64,000 nt of DNA from an uncultured delta proteobacterium (GCA_963711565.1 CAVQEQ010000003.1:128001-192000), one strand, 5' to 3'; shown: positions 48,699 to 62,390, counted from the first letter of the stretch. Numbers and translations: made by a program. Notes: generated by a model from the letters alone, not told the origin.

Positions 48699-50084
48699 AT
48701 GCGCATCACGTATTTTGGCAATCATCGCCGTCTCGCTCTGGTGGCGGCGCTCGGTACACTTCTATGCATGACCGTTTCGGTTCCCGCGCATGCGGGAATG
48801 GCGGACGCGGTCAAGGCCGAAACGCTGGCCAACGGTCTTCGGGTGCTGGTGCTCGAAAATCACAAGGCGCCGCTCGCGACCTTCAACGTCTTCTATCGCG
48901 TCGGCTCGCGCAACGAGCAGTTCGGCAAGACCGGACTGTCGCATCTGTGCGAGCATTTGATGTTCAAGGGCACCAAAAAGCTGGGGCCCGAAGAGTTCTC
49001 GCAAATCATCCAGCAGAACGGCGGTGAGGATAACGCGTTCACGGAATCGGACTTCACGGACTATTTCGAGACGATCAACAAGGATCACCTCGACGTGCCG
49101 ATCTCGCTCGAAGCCGATCGGATGGCGAACTTCGAGCCGAAGGAATTCGACAAGGAGAAGCACGTCGTACTCGAAGAACGGCGCATGCGCACCGAAGACA
49201 ATCCGGAGGACGCGCTCGACGAGATGGTGCGCTCGCAGGCGTACGTGGCGCATCCATACCACTGGCCGGTTATCGGATGGTTCCACGATGTTGACGGGCT
49301 GACGCTGGCGGACGCGATGGCGTATCACAAGATTTATTACTCGCCGCAGAACGCGCTGATCGTGGCGGTCGGCGATTTCAACTCCGAGCAGGTGCTCAAG
49401 CAAATCAGCGAAGCGTTCGCGGGAATCAAGAACGGGCCGAAGCCGCCGCCCTTGACGGATCTCGAACCGCCGCAAGAGGGAACCCGGCGCGTCGAATTGC
49501 AGCATGCGGCGAATCTGCCGGCGTTCGAAGAGGCGTATCACGTGCCTAATCTCAGGAGCTCCGATGCTTTCCCACTCGAGATTGCGTCGGAGATTCTGAG
49601 CGACGGACAGAGCTCGCGGCTGTACAAGAAGCTGGTGGTCGAGAAACAGATGGTGGTCGATATCGGCGCGGGCTACGACATGACGTCGTTCGATCCGGGA
49701 TTGTTCGTCGTGTCGGCGCAGATGCGTCCGGGCGTTACGGCGGCGAGCACGCAGGTCGAAGTGGAAAAGGAACTGGCCGCGATGCGCGATACGCCGGTGG
49801 GTGCGGAGGAATTGCAGAAGGCCAAGAATCTCGAGCAGGCGCAATTCGTCTTCGGGCAGGACTCGGTGATGCGCGAGGCGGAGATGCTGGGCGTGTACGA
49901 AATGCTCGGCGACTACCACCTGGTTGACAAGTACCTCGACGGAATCGACAAGGTGACCGCGGCTGACGTGCAGCGCGTCGCCAAGACTTACCTGGTCGCG
50001 ACCAACATGACTGAAGGCGTGCTGGTCCCGACGGGAGTTTTGCCGCACGGCGGCGACGGACTGAGCAGCGGAGAATTGCGATGA
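48699..50084 (+). CDS. M16 zinc peptidase, catalytic subunit
   Basis: Signal peptide, HLCEHLMFKG, NAFT, EERRMR motifs. Confidence 0.94.
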   Translation: MRITYFGNHRRLALVAALGTLLCMTVSVPAHAGMADAVKAETLANGLRVLVLENHKAPLATFNVFYRVGSRNEQFGKTGLSHLCEHLMFKGTKKLGPEEFSQIIQQNGGEDNAFTESDFTDYFETINKDHLDVPISLEADRMANFEPKEFDKEKHVVLEERRMRTEDNPEDALDEMVRSQAYVAHPYHWPVIGWFHDVDGLTLADAMAYHKIYYSPQNALIVAVGDFNSEQVLKQISEAFAGIKNGPKPPPLTDLEPPQEGTRRVELQHAANLPAFEEAYHVPNLRSSDAFPLEIASEILSDGQSSRLYKKLVVEKQMVVDIGAGYDMTSFDPGLFVVSAQMRPGVTAASTQVEVEKELAAMRDTPVGAEELQKAKNLEQAQFVFGQDSVMREAEMLGVYEMLGDYHLVDKYLDGIDKVTAADVQRVAKTYLVATNMTEGVLVPTGVLPHGGDGLSSGELR

Positions 50085-51463
50085 GCGGCGCGACGATGCG
50101 GATGAAAATGTTTGCGAGTGTCGCGGCGATCGCGGCGATTGTCTTTGCGGCCACGCCGTCGCATGCGCTCGACATAAGGAAGATGACGCTGAGCAACGGC
50201 GCTACCCTGCTCGTCTCGGAACAGCATCAATTGCCGATGGTGACCGTTATGATCGAGTTCGACGCGGGCACGCGTCGCGACGCCAAGGGCAAGGAAGGGC
50301 TGGCTGAGTTGACGGCGCGATGTCTTTCGCAGGGCACCAAGGAACTCACGGCGCCGGAGTTCGATCAGAAAGTCGATTTCATGGGCAGCTCGGTCGGAGT
50401 TTCCGCCGGCCGCGATTATTCGACCGCCGGGATGACGACGCTGAAGAAGTACCAGGGCGAGACGCTCGGGTTGCTGGCAGGAATTTTGACCGAGCCGGGA
50501 CTTCGCGATGACGATATCGAACGCAAACGCGCCGAGCAGGTCGCGGAAATCAAGGCGGCGGAGGAACAGCCGGGCTACACCGCCGATGTGGAATTCACCA
50601 AGGACCTGTTCGGCGACACGCCGTATGGGCATCCGGGCGCGGGCTATTCGGACTCGGTCGCGAAGCTGACCAATGACGACGTGCGCGGCTTCTACCACGA
50701 CTACTACAAACCCGGCGGTGCGATCATCGCGGTGGCCGGCGATGTGAACGCGGACGAAATTAAAGCATCACTTGAAAAATCGCTGGCGGGCCTTTCGGGC
50801 TCGGTCACGCCTCAAGCCGAGCCGCCGCCGATCACGGTAGCGCCGGGACTGAACGTGAAACTGATCGATCGAAACGTGATGCAAGCTAACATCATCATGG
50901 GTTCCGGCGGCGTCGAGCGATCGAATCCGGATTTTTACCGGCTCAAGGTGATGAACTACATTCTCGGCGGCGGCGGATTTTCCTCGCGGCTCGTGAAGGT
51001 CGTTCGCAGCGCGCATGGGCTCGCGTACTCGGTCAACAGCGGATTCGAGCCGGGCAAATTCCAGGGCGCGTTCACGATCAGCCTGCAAACCAAGAATCAG
51101 AGCTCGAACGAGGCAATCGATTTGATCCTGCAGCAGCTTCGCGAAATCCAGGAAAAGCCGGTCAGCGACGCCGAACTGGATAGCGCGAAAAAGTTTCTCA
51201 TCGGCAGCTTCCCGCTGGGCCTCGAGCGCCAGAGCGCGATCGCGTCGTTCATGGTGCAGATCGAGTTTTACGGTCTGGGGCTCGACTACGCGGATCAATA
51301 TCCGAAGCTGATCGGATCGGTCTCCAAGGATGAGGTGTTGGCGGTCGCGAAAAAATATCTGCATCCCGATTCGATGATCGTCGTCGCCGTCGCGAACCAG
51401 GCGGACGCGAAGATCAAAACCGCGCAACTGGAGAAGGCAGCCGACGCCCCCAGCGCGCAATAG
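50081..51463 (+). CDS. M16 peptidase, non-catalytic subunit
   Basis: No HxxEH; LGGGGFSSRL..VR..GLAY; overlaps the preceding gene. Confidence 0.92.
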   Translation: MSGATMRMKMFASVAAIAAIVFAATPSHALDIRKMTLSNGATLLVSEQHQLPMVTVMIEFDAGTRRDAKGKEGLAELTARCLSQGTKELTAPEFDQKVDFMGSSVGVSAGRDYSTAGMTTLKKYQGETLGLLAGILTEPGLRDDDIERKRAEQVAEIKAAEEQPGYTADVEFTKDLFGDTPYGHPGAGYSDSVAKLTNDDVRGFYHDYYKPGGAIIAVAGDVNADEIKASLEKSLAGLSGSVTPQAEPPPITVAPGLNVKLIDRNVMQANIIMGSGGVERSNPDFYRLKVMNYILGGGGFSSRLVKVVRSAHGLAYSVNSGFEPGKFQGAFTISLQTKNQSSNEAIDLILQQLREIQEKPVSDAELDSAKKFLIGSFPLGLERQSAIASFMVQIEFYGLGLDYADQYPKLIGSVSKDEVLAVAKKYLHPDSMIVVAVANQADAKIKTAQLEKAADAPSAQ

Positions 51464-51470
51464 GGCAGCG

Positions 51471-52004
51471 CTGATCTTCACGATCGGGCACTCGACGCAT
51501 CCAATCGAGCGCTTTCTCGAATTGCTCGGCGAGCATTGCATCGCGGTCGTCGCCGACGTGCGCTCGTTCCCCAGCTCGAAGCGATGGCCGCAGTTCAACC
51601 AGGCGGAGCTGTCGGCGTCGCTCGAGCGCGCGAACATCGAGTATCGATGGATCAAGCGGCTCGGCGGCAGGCGCAGTTCGAAGCGCGTCGATTCGCCGCA
51701 TACGGCGTGGCAACTGCCGGCGTTCCGATCATACGCGGACTACACGGAGAGTGCGGATTTTGAAGCTGGCTTGCGAGAACTCACCGACGCGGCCGCACGC
51801 GCGCGAACCGCGTACATGTGTTCGGAAGGATTGTGGTGGCGATGCCATCGGCGAATCATCTCGGACAACCTGGTGGTTTGCGACTGGACGGTCGAGCACA
51901 TCATGCCGACTGGAAAATTGTCGCCGCACGTGCTCGCGCCGTTCGCGCACGTCGTGGACGGACGGATTGTTTACGATGGTGCGGCCGAGAAGGAATCAGA
52001 CTGA
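51471..52004 (+). CDS. DUF488 family protein (start codon unclear)
   Basis: IFTIGHST, DVRSFP, LGGRR, MCSE..WRCHR motifs; similarity begins upstream of the ORF-track start. Confidence 0.85.
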   Translation: MIFTIGHSTHPIERFLELLGEHCIAVVADVRSFPSSKRWPQFNQAELSASLERANIEYRWIKRLGGRRSSKRVDSPHTAWQLPAFRSYADYTESADFEAGLRELTDAAARARTAYMCSEGLWWRCHRRIISDNLVVCDWTVEHIMPTGKLSPHVLAPFAHVVDGRIVYDGAAEKESD

Positions 52005-52014
52005 TCGCGCCGGA

Positions 52015-52392
52015 TCAAATGGCTATCCGGAGTGCGATCTCCTCGAAGAGAACTTGCGGCACTTTGACTCTTCGTTTGCCGCGCGGCTCCCTGGCAATCC
52101 GCACGAGGCCGTGCCGTTCGAGAATCCGGATGTCCTCCTGAACGTTCTTGAAATCGCGGCTGACCATTTTCGCTAATTCATAGAGCGAGCCGGGATGGCG
52201 CGTTCGAATCGTATGCATCAGGGCAAGCCGCTCGCGCGTCATGAAGTTACGGGCAGCCTCAATGCTGGTGAAACCGACCTCGTCATGCGGCTTCTTTGGA
52301 GTGCGCCGCCCGGTCCGAACAGCGTCGAAGGTCCTGGCGAAATCGTCCGCGACTTCATTCAGCGGCTTGATTGAAAACGTCACTGTCGTCAT
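52015..52392 (-). CDS. HTH DNA-binding protein, probable antitoxin (HVO_A0114-like)
   Basis: FTSIE..SLYELAKMVSRDFKNVQEDIRILERHGLV; overlaps the upstream gene. Confidence 0.8.
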   Translation of the reverse strand: MTTVTFSIKPLNEVADDFARTFDAVRTGRRTPKKPHDEVGFTSIEAARNFMTRERLALMHTIRTRHPGSLYELAKMVSRDFKNVQEDIRILERHGLVRIAREPRGKRRVKVPQVLFEEIALRIAI

Positions 52393-52685
52393 TTCACTTC
52401 TCCTGCCGATGCGCGCGCCTCCGCGAGGAAGTCGGCCACTAATCGCCTTGCTGTCACGAAAGCGTACGGCGCTTGGCGCCCGCTAATATGCCGGTGATGG
52501 CCCTTCGGATGATGATTGTCATAGAGGACTGCGGGTGCCTCCTCGCCTGCACGAATGAAAGCGAGACGATACCGAACACCTTCGGGATGGCGAGCATTGC
52601 GCTCAACCTTCCACAGCACGATCTCGTAGAGATTTCCGCGTTCGTCGGTCCACTTTCGCCGTGTGATCAGTTTGGCCCGCGCCAC
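52389..52685 (-). CDS. DUF6516/TumE-like putative toxin
   Basis: HPEGVRYRL..YDNHHPKGHHRH..LVADF pattern. Confidence 0.8.
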   Translation of the reverse strand: MARAKLITRRKWTDERGNLYEIVLWKVERNARHPEGVRYRLAFIRAGEEAPAVLYDNHHPKGHHRHISGRQAPYAFVTARRLVADFLAEARASAGEVK

Positions 52686-52701
52686 CCTGAGCCCCTCTGC
52701 A

Positions 52702-52734
52702 TGGCATCATACGCCACGTACTTCCGCCGATCAA
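52702..52734 (-). promoter_or_regulatory. Sigma70 promoter with overlapping palindrome
   Basis: TTGATC-N17-TATGAT; TGGC..GCCA arms (52702-52716) span the -10. Confidence 0.65.
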
Positions 52735-52751
52735 CAGGAAATGGATCGTCC

Positions 52752-55586
<2,835 letters not shown>

Positions 55587-55591
55587 CGCTT

Positions 55592-56638
55592 CTACGCCGC
55601 CGCTCGCCGCGCGATCTTTTCGCGGCTAATCGCGGCCCGCCATGCATATTCGATCGCGGCAATCATGCTCGACGGATTCGCAATCCCCTTCCCTGCGATG
55701 TCGAACGCCGTTCCGTGATCGGGCGAGGTGCGGACGAACGGCAATCCAATCGTGACGTTAACCGCGCGATCGAACTCCAGCGTCTTGAGCGCGATCAAGC
55801 CCTGGTCGTGATACATCGCAACCGCCGCATCGAAATTAAACGCGCCCGCCGTGCGGATGAACGCGGTGTCGGGCGCGAGCGGACCGTACGCGTCGATGCC
55901 GTCGCGCTGAGCGCGCCGAATCGCCGGCGCGATCACGCGGATTTCCTCGTCGCCGAACATCCCGCTTTCACCCGCATGAGGATTCAACCCGAGCACCGCG
56001 ATTCGCGGCCGCGCGATGCCAAGCGTGCCGCGCAAGTGCGTCGCGAGCAGGCGAATCGTATCCAGCACGTTGCGCTGGGTCAGTGCAGTTGCCACTTTTG
56101 CAAATCCGATATGCGCAGTCACCAGCGCGACCGTCAGCTCGCCGCCCGCGAACATCATGCGCCAAAGCCGCGTTCGGGCCATCTGCGCCAGCAGTTCCGA
56201 ATGGCCGGGAAAATGGTGCCCCGCGCGATTCATCCAATCCTTGCTGATGGGCGCGGTCACGAGGGCGTCAACCTCGCCGCCCATCGCCATCCGCGCGCCA
56301 GTTACAATGTAATCATACGCGGCGCCGCCGCCCTCGACCGTAGGATGCGCAGGGCGAATCGCGCGCGCCGACAAACTCGAGATCGAAAGTACGCCGAGTC
56401 CCTTCGCCAGGCGAATCGGCGGCTCACCCCGACGCCATTCGCGAGGAGCCGGAACGTCCCGCAATCGGGACGCCGCCACGCGCATCGCGGACAGGTCGCC
56501 GACCACAGCAATCGACGGCGCGCCGCGACGGCGCGCGAGCGCCGCTGCTGCCTTGAGGATCACCTCAGGGCCGACACCCGCCGGATCGCCCATGCTGATC
56601 GCCAACAGCGGCGGCGTCTTTCGTCTCGGCGCCGTCAT
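55592..56638 (-). CDS. pdxA: 4-hydroxythreonine-4-phosphate dehydrogenase
   Basis: [37 protein letters not shown] motifs. Confidence 0.96.
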   Translation of the reverse strand: MTAPRRKTPPLLAISMGDPAGVGPEVILKAAAALARRRGAPSIAVVGDLSAMRVAASRLRDVPAPREWRRGEPPIRLAKGLGVLSISSLSARAIRPAHPTVEGGGAAYDYIVTGARMAMGGEVDALVTAPISKDWMNRAGHHFPGHSELLAQMARTRLWRMMFAGGELTVALVTAHIGFAKVATALTQRNVLDTIRLLATHLRGTLGIARPRIAVLGLNPHAGESGMFGDEEIRVIAPAIRRAQRDGIDAYGPLAPDTAFIRTAGAFNFDAAVAMYHDQGLIALKTLEFDRAVNVTIGLPFVRTSPDHGTAFDIAGKGIANPSSMIAAIEYAWRAAISREKIARRAAA

Positions 56639-56641
56639 CGT

Positions 56642-57865
56642 CTAGTACATGGTCTCAACGTAATGCTGCTTGACGAGATCGGATTCAACCCACTTCTCGA
56701 GCTGCTCGCTGGTCTGTTGGTCGGTCAGTTGAGCGCGAATCTGCGGCTTGACTTCGCTGAGCGGCACGACGCCCGGCACTTCATGTTCTTCGAGCTTGAC
56801 CAGATGAAAGCCGTGGTTGGTGCGAATCGGCGCCGAAACTTCGCCGGGCTTGAGCGACTTTACCCCGGCCAGGATCGAGTCATTGATGTCGCCCGGCGCG
56901 AACCATCCAAGCTCGCCGCCGTTGGACTTTGAATCGTCGTCCGAATAGACGCGCGCGAGATCGCCGAAGTCGTCGCCCTTCAGCGCACGCGCACGAACCA
57001 TCGCGGCCTTCTTCTGCGCGGCGGATACTTGCGCGGGGGTCGGGTTCGGCGGCAGCGCGATCAGGACCTGCGCAAGCTTGAGGCGCTCCTTGGTAATAGT
57101 GAAGTCGTCCTTGTGGGCGTCGTAGTAAGTCTTGATTTCGGCGTCGGACACGTTGATTTTCGCGCGGACCTCCTGCTCGATCATCATCGCTTTTTCGAGA
57201 TCGAGCCGCGCTCGCTTGCGCAGGTCATCGTAGCTCATGCCGCTCGCCTGTAATTGCGCGCGGAACTCCGCGTCGCTGAGGTGCTTTTCCGTCCGTATCT
57301 GCAGGATGTACTTATCGACCTGATCTTCGTCAACCTTGTCATCGTACTTCTTCACTTCCTGCTCGAGCAATTTCTGTCCGATCAGCGCCTTCACCGCCAT
57401 CCGGGCGGTGGCCGACGAACCGAAGTCGTCGGTGTCGATCGGCTGACCGTGCTGCGACGCGAAATCCTTGACCTCCTGCATCGTGATCGGATCGCCGTCA
57501 ACGCTGGCGACGACGCGATCGACCGCAGGCGTGCTCTCTTCCATTGCCTCGTCCGCGCTCTCAGGCTGATCCACCGGAGCAGGTGGCGGCGGTTCGTCCA
57601 TTTTCGCCTCGGCTACCGGGTCCGGCGGCTCCGGAAAAGTCTCCTTCGCCGTGCGCGACGGGTTGACCGCACCCGGTGACGGAACCGCGGTGGGCGCCGC
57701 AACCTCGGCAGAGCCCGGTATCGTCTTGAACATATCGAAGGCGTGGGGATTGAGCAGATCGACCGCGCAACCCGAAAGCGCCAGTACGATTACCATCGCC
57801 GCCACGCCGACACCGCTGCGGGCGCGTCGTGCGCCGGCGCGCGAGGAGGATCTTCTGTTCTGCAT
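56642..57865 (-). CDS. surA: SurA-like peptidylprolyl isomerase lipoprotein
   Basis: Lipobox LSGC, VDRVVASVDG SurA-N region, parvulin motifs SDD..GGELGW..GFHLVK; located before pdxA. Confidence 0.8.
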   Translation of the reverse strand: MQNRRSSSRAGARRARSGVGVAAMVIVLALSGCAVDLLNPHAFDMFKTIPGSAEVAAPTAVPSPGAVNPSRTAKETFPEPPDPVAEAKMDEPPPPAPVDQPESADEAMEESTPAVDRVVASVDGDPITMQEVKDFASQHGQPIDTDDFGSSATARMAVKALIGQKLLEQEVKKYDDKVDEDQVDKYILQIRTEKHLSDAEFRAQLQASGMSYDDLRKRARLDLEKAMMIEQEVRAKINVSDAEIKTYYDAHKDDFTITKERLKLAQVLIALPPNPTPAQVSAAQKKAAMVRARALKGDDFGDLARVYSDDDSKSNGGELGWFAPGDINDSILAGVKSLKPGEVSAPIRTNHGFHLVKLEEHEVPGVVPLSEVKPQIRAQLTDQQTSEQLEKWVESDLVKQHYVETMY

Positions 57866-57869
57866 CAAT

Positions 57870-60800
57870 CTAGTTGACGGCCTGCCCGACTTTCGCGGCC
57901 GGCCAGTTTTCCAACTTTTCACAGCCCGCAAGGGCCTGCAAGACGCCGTCGAGTTGCGCGAACAATTGCTCGTAGTCGCCGGGCTCGATTCGCGCGATCA
58001 CCTGGAACGAAGGCGTCAACCGCATCGTGCGGCGATTCTGATCCGCGAGCTTCGCGAGCAGCGTCGTATCCACCGGCGCGTCGGGATGAAACCGGACCTC
58101 GAGCTGCGAGCCCTTGAGAATCGCGCTCAGGATCATCAACTGTTTCATCTGGCGGCGGACGTTCATCGCCGCGATCAGATTTTCGATCAGCGTCGGCACC
58201 GGGCCGAAGCGATCGCGCATCTCGTCGCGAATCTCGCCGAGGTCCTCCTCGCGCTCCGCCCGCGCGAGCCGCCGATAGAGCACCAGCCGCTCGTTCTCGT
58301 CGGCGACGTAAGCCTCGGGAATGTACGCGGGCACGACGATTCGCAGCTCGGGCTCGAAGTCGGGACGATTCGGCCGGCCCCGCAGTTCGGCGATCGCCTC
58401 TTCCATCATCTCGGTATAAAGCTCGAAACCGACCGCTGCGATCTCGCCGTGCTGCTCGTGGCCGAGCAGATTGCCGGCGCCGCGATGCTCGAGGTCGGCC
58501 ATCGCCAGCTTGAAGCCGCCGCCGCTCTCGGACTCGACCAGCTCGCGCAAGGCGTCGATTCGCCGCTTGGCGTCGCGCGTGATGATGTGCTCGCCGGGGA
58601 TCAGCAGGTAGGCGTACGCCTTCTGGCGCGAACGGCCGACGCGGCCACGCAACTGGTATAGCTGCGCGAGGCCGAAATGATCGGCGCGATTGATGATCAT
58701 CGTGTTGGCGTTGGGGATATCGAGACCCGATTCGATGATCGCGCTGCAGACCAGCACGTTGACGCGCTTCTCGATAAAATCGCGCATAACGTTCTCGAGC
58801 TGCCGCTCCTTCATCTGGCCGTGCGCGATCGCGGTCTTCGCCTCGGGCACCAGCGAGCGCAGATGAGAGGCCATGTAGTCGATATTCTCGACGCGGTTGT
58901 GCACGAAGAACACCTGGCCGCCGCGGTTCAGCTCGCGCAGAATCGAATCGCGAATCGTGGCGTCGTCGAAATGCGCGACGAAGGTGCGAATCAGTTGGCG
59001 GTCCGGCGGCGGCGTCTGGATCACCGAGAGGTCGCGGATGCCGAGCATCGCCATGTGCAGCGTGCGCGGAATCGGCGTCGCCGTCATCGTCAACACCGGC
59101 ACCAGTTTCTTGAGCTTCTTGATCCGCTCCTTGTCGACCACGCCGAAGCGGTGTTCTTCGTCGATCACCAGCAGGCCCAGCCGCGGGAACTGCACGTCGC
59201 TCGAAAGCAGGCGATGCGTTCCGATGATGACGTCGACTTTGCCGGCGGCGGCGTCCTCGATGACGGCCTTGTTTTCCTTGTGGCTGCGAAATCGCGAGAC
59301 CATCTCGACCCGAACCGGATAATCCTTGAAGCGGTCGCGGAAGGTATTCCAATGCTGCTCGGCGAGGATCGTCGTCGGCACCAGCAGCGCGACCTGCCGC
59401 CCGTCCATCACCGCGATGAACGCGGCACGCAGCGCGACCTCGGTTTTGCCGAAACCGGCGTCGCCGCAGATCAGGCGATCCATCGGCTTGACGCGCGTCA
59501 GGTCGCGGATGACGTCGTTGATCGCCGACTGCTGGTCGGGCGTCTCCTCGAACTCGAAGCGCGCCGCGAACTCCTCATAGTCAGCACCCGGCGCGGGATA
59601 CGCGTGCCCCTCCATCACCTCGCGCGCCGCATAGATGTCGAGCAGCTCGGCCGCCATCGCGAGCACCGCCTGCCGCGTGCGCCGCTTGACCTTCTCCCAC
59701 GAGCCGCTGCCGAGCTTGTCGAGCTTGGGCTCCGCATTGTCGCCGCCGACGTAGCGCTGAACGAGATTGATCCGCTCGACCGGCACGTACATCGTGTCGT
59801 TGCCCGCATATTCGAGATTCAAAAAATCTCCCTCAACGTCGGCGACTTTCATGTGCCGCAAGCCGCGGTACTTCGCGATACCGTGATCGATATGCACGAC
59901 GAAGTCGTCGGGCTTCAGCTCCTCGAGATTGAGCAGCGCGCCCTTCGCGCTCGGACGCCGGCGCCGGCGCGCGCGCGGCTCGCCGAAAATTTCCTCTTCG
60001 CTGTAGATGTAGAGGCCGTCCTCCTGCAGCACGACGCCGGCGGAAATCTCGCCTTCCATGATCGCAGGCCGGTAGTCCGGCCATTCGAGCAGCGCCGCTA
60101 AACTTTTGCATTCGACGTTAACCTCGAGGTCATACGCCTCGAGATGACGGCGCAGCCGCGCCACCTGATGCGGCCCCTCGACGATCATCAGCGAACGTCC
60201 CTGTCCCCGCTGGACTTCGCGCAGCTCCGTCGCCAGCGGCTCGAAGCTCGGCGGCGTCCGCGCTCCGCTCAGTTGGTTCGACCCCAGCCGCAAACTGTTT
60301 TGCGACTTGACCTCGACCGGCACCGCCCATCCCTCGCGCGGCGCGGCCATCGTCACCAGCGAGCCCACTTCGACCGCGGTGAAGTTTCCGAGCGCGCGCT
60401 CGAACGCGTCGGCCCCCAGGAATAGCGAATCCGGCACGGGATGAAACGCGGGCTTCTGCGCAGCCGCCGCAGTCTCGTTGTTCACGATATCAGCGAACCG
60501 ATTCGCCTCGGCGAGGACGCGACCCGGATCGACGAGCCACAGCAGCGAGCCCGCGGGCATATAGTCGAACACGCTGTCGAGCGCGCGCCCGTACGCGTAC
60601 GGCATCAGCAGTTCCGCGCCCGGAAACAGCAGGCCGTTCTCGAGCGCTTCGGACAACTCGGCAGCCTCCTTGCGCACCATTCCGATTTCTGCGGCGCGCA
60701 GCGTGACCTGCTCGCGCAGCTTCGGGTCCTTCAAGGCGGCAGGCGGCACGTAGCGGGTGCGCGTGATCGTCGCCTCGACGAGCTCCGCGCCCGAGCGCTG

Positions 60801-61445
60801 GCTGTCGGCGTCGAAATGACGAATCGAGGTGATCACGTCGTCTTCAAGCTCGATGCGAATAGGATCGCGGTAGAGCGGCGAGAACGCATCGACGATGCCG
60901 CCGCGCACGCTGAAGTCGCCCGCCTCTTCGGTCTGCGGCACGCGTTGATACCCGCAGGCCGCGAGCGCTTCGACAAGAGCCTCGAGATCCAGCTTGTCGC
61001 CAATGGCAACCGTGACGATTGATTCGTTGAAGACCGTGCGCGGAATCGTACGCGTCATCAGCGCTTCGGCCGAGGTGACGACGAGCGGCGACGGATGCCG
61101 AAGCATCGCGAACAGCGCGGCCAGTTGCGACGCCTGCGCGTCGGTCGGCGGCGACAATTGCGCCATCGGCTTCACTTCCCACGATCGCAGCAGATGAACC
61201 CGGCGGGTGGCGGCGTCGGCGTCAACAGCCTCACCCAGAAAAAACGCGACCTCGCCCACGAGCGCCTCGGCTTCAGGAGCCGTCGAGGTAACCGCGACGA
61301 TCGGACGCTGCAGGCGCAGCCGCATCTCGCGAATCATCAGCGCGCCGGCCGAGCCGCGCAGTCCCATCACGGGGAATCGGCGCTCGGTATTTGCCGCCAG
61401 CCGCGCTTCGAGTTCGCCGGCTGCTTCTTTGAGGCTTCGTTGCAA
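57870..61445 (-). CDS. mfd: Transcription-repair coupling factor
   Basis: RGGIVD, VVHIDHGI, GFGKTEVA, DEEHRFG, ATPIPRTL, QLRGRVGR motifs. Confidence 0.98.
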   Translation of the reverse strand: MQRSLKEAAGELEARLAANTERRFPVMGLRGSAGALMIREMRLRLQRPIVAVTSTAPEAEALVGEVAFFLGEAVDADAATRRVHLLRSWEVKPMAQLSPPTDAQASQLAALFAMLRHPSPLVVTSAEALMTRTIPRTVFNESIVTVAIGDKLDLEALVEALAACGYQRVPQTEEAGDFSVRGGIVDAFSPLYRDPIRIELEDDVITSIRHFDADSQRSGAELVEATITRTRYVPPAALKDPKLREQVTLRAAEIGMVRKEAAELSEALENGLLFPGAELLMPYAYGRALDSVFDYMPAGSLLWLVDPGRVLAEANRFADIVNNETAAAAQKPAFHPVPDSLFLGADAFERALGNFTAVEVGSLVTMAAPREGWAVPVEVKSQNSLRLGSNQLSGARTPPSFEPLATELREVQRGQGRSLMIVEGPHQVARLRRHLEAYDLEVNVECKSLAALLEWPDYRPAIMEGEISAGVVLQEDGLYIYSEEEIFGEPRARRRRRPSAKGALLNLEELKPDDFVVHIDHGIAKYRGLRHMKVADVEGDFLNLEYAGNDTMYVPVERINLVQRYVGGDNAEPKLDKLGSGSWEKVKRRTRQAVLAMAAELLDIYAAREVMEGHAYPAPGADYEEFAARFEFEETPDQQSAINDVIRDLTRVKPMDRLICGDAGFGKTEVALRAAFIAVMDGRQVALLVPTTILAEQHWNTFRDRFKDYPVRVEMVSRFRSHKENKAVIEDAAAGKVDVIIGTHRLLSSDVQFPRLGLLVIDEEHRFGVVDKERIKKLKKLVPVLTMTATPIPRTLHMAMLGIRDLSVIQTPPPDRQLIRTFVAHFDDATIRDSILRELNRGGQVFFVHNRVENIDYMASHLRSLVPEAKTAIAHGQMKERQLENVMRDFIEKRVNVLVCSAIIESGLDIPNANTMIINRADHFGLAQLYQLRGRVGRSRQKAYAYLLIPGEHIITRDAKRRIDALRELVESESGGGFKLAMADLEHRGAGNLLGHEQHGEIAAVGFELYTEMMEEAIAELRGRPNRPDFEPELRIVVPAYIPEAYVADENERLVLYRRLARAEREEDLGEIRDEMRDRFGPVPTLIENLIAAMNVRRQMKQLMILSAILKGSQLEVRFHPDAPVDTTLLAKLADQNRRTMRLTPSFQVIARIEPGDYEQLFAQLDGVLQALAGCEKLENWPAAKVGQAVN

Positions 61446-61565
61446 CTCTTATCGATCCCAATACGCAAATTCGCCCTGCGGCGATGCGCGCGAGGAGCGC
61501 ACACGCCGCCGGCGTCGGAAAGATACTAGCAGAAAATCGCCCGCGAACGCGCGAATCGAAAAGGT

Positions 61566-62390
61566 CTAGTGCGTGAAACTATCGGCGGCGGGCGGCGCCG
61601 CATTCGCGATCGGCTCACCGACTGCGCCGACCTTCACCGCGATCGTGATCGTCTTGTGCGCCGGGTGGTCGCCCGTCCCAGTCGGCCTGATCACCTCCAG
61701 GTACATCGTGTCGCCCGGCTTCAGCCGCGCCATCGCACTTTCCAGATCGCTCTGATCGCGCACGCGCTCGCCGTCTATCCCGACGATCAGATCACCGCCC
61801 TGTCCCACTGCTCCCGTGCCTCCCAGCGCCTTGGTGGCCAAGATGGTGCCGCCGGGCAATATTGCGCTCAGAGTAGTGAGCGCCGCGCCGACCGCGGTCA
61901 TTCCCGCGCGCGCCTGCAGACCCGCGCGCTCGGCAGGACTGTTGGGATCGATCGTCAGCACTTCGAGGCCATGCAGCTCGCCCCCGAGGTAGCACTGCGT
62001 CGCGTATGCCACCGTCATGCCGAGGTAGGGCCGTGCATGCGGCTGGTTATTGTCGCCGTTACCGTTGTTGTTGAGGTTGCTGTCCGCGTCGCTCGTACCA
62101 TTCTCGGTGCCGGGGCGGAAGTTGGGCTCGACCGACGCGTTGTCCTCGCCCGGATTGAAATTTCGGTCGCTCGGGATTTCCTTGACGGCCGGTTTCGGCG
62201 CTACCAGACCGGGCTGCGGCGCTATCTCGAGCGTCGTGTCGTCGCTGTCGCCCTGCCCCGCAATGTTGTGCGGATTGGAATCGCCCCCGCCCTGGGAGCT
62301 GGTCTGCGAGTCCTGCGCGGGTGCAAGTTGAGTGAACGCAAACAGTGCAGCCGTGGCCACTCCGATCGCGAGTATCTTCTGCAACTTCAT
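61566..62390 (-). CDS. Secreted protein with C-terminal PDZ domain
   Basis: Signal peptide, acidic linker, PYLGM..GLEVLTIDPNSPAERAGL..GDLIVGIDG..KPGD. Confidence 0.82.
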   Translation of the reverse strand: MKLQKILAIGVATAALFAFTQLAPAQDSQTSSQGGGDSNPHNIAGQGDSDDTTLEIAPQPGLVAPKPAVKEIPSDRNFNPGEDNASVEPNFRPGTENGTSDADSNLNNNGNGDNNQPHARPYLGMTVAYATQCYLGGELHGLEVLTIDPNSPAERAGLQARAGMTAVGAALTTLSAILPGGTILATKALGGTGAVGQGGDLIVGIDGERVRDQSDLESAMARLKPGDTMYLEVIRPTGTGDHPAHKTITIAVKVGAVGEPIANAAPPAADSFTH

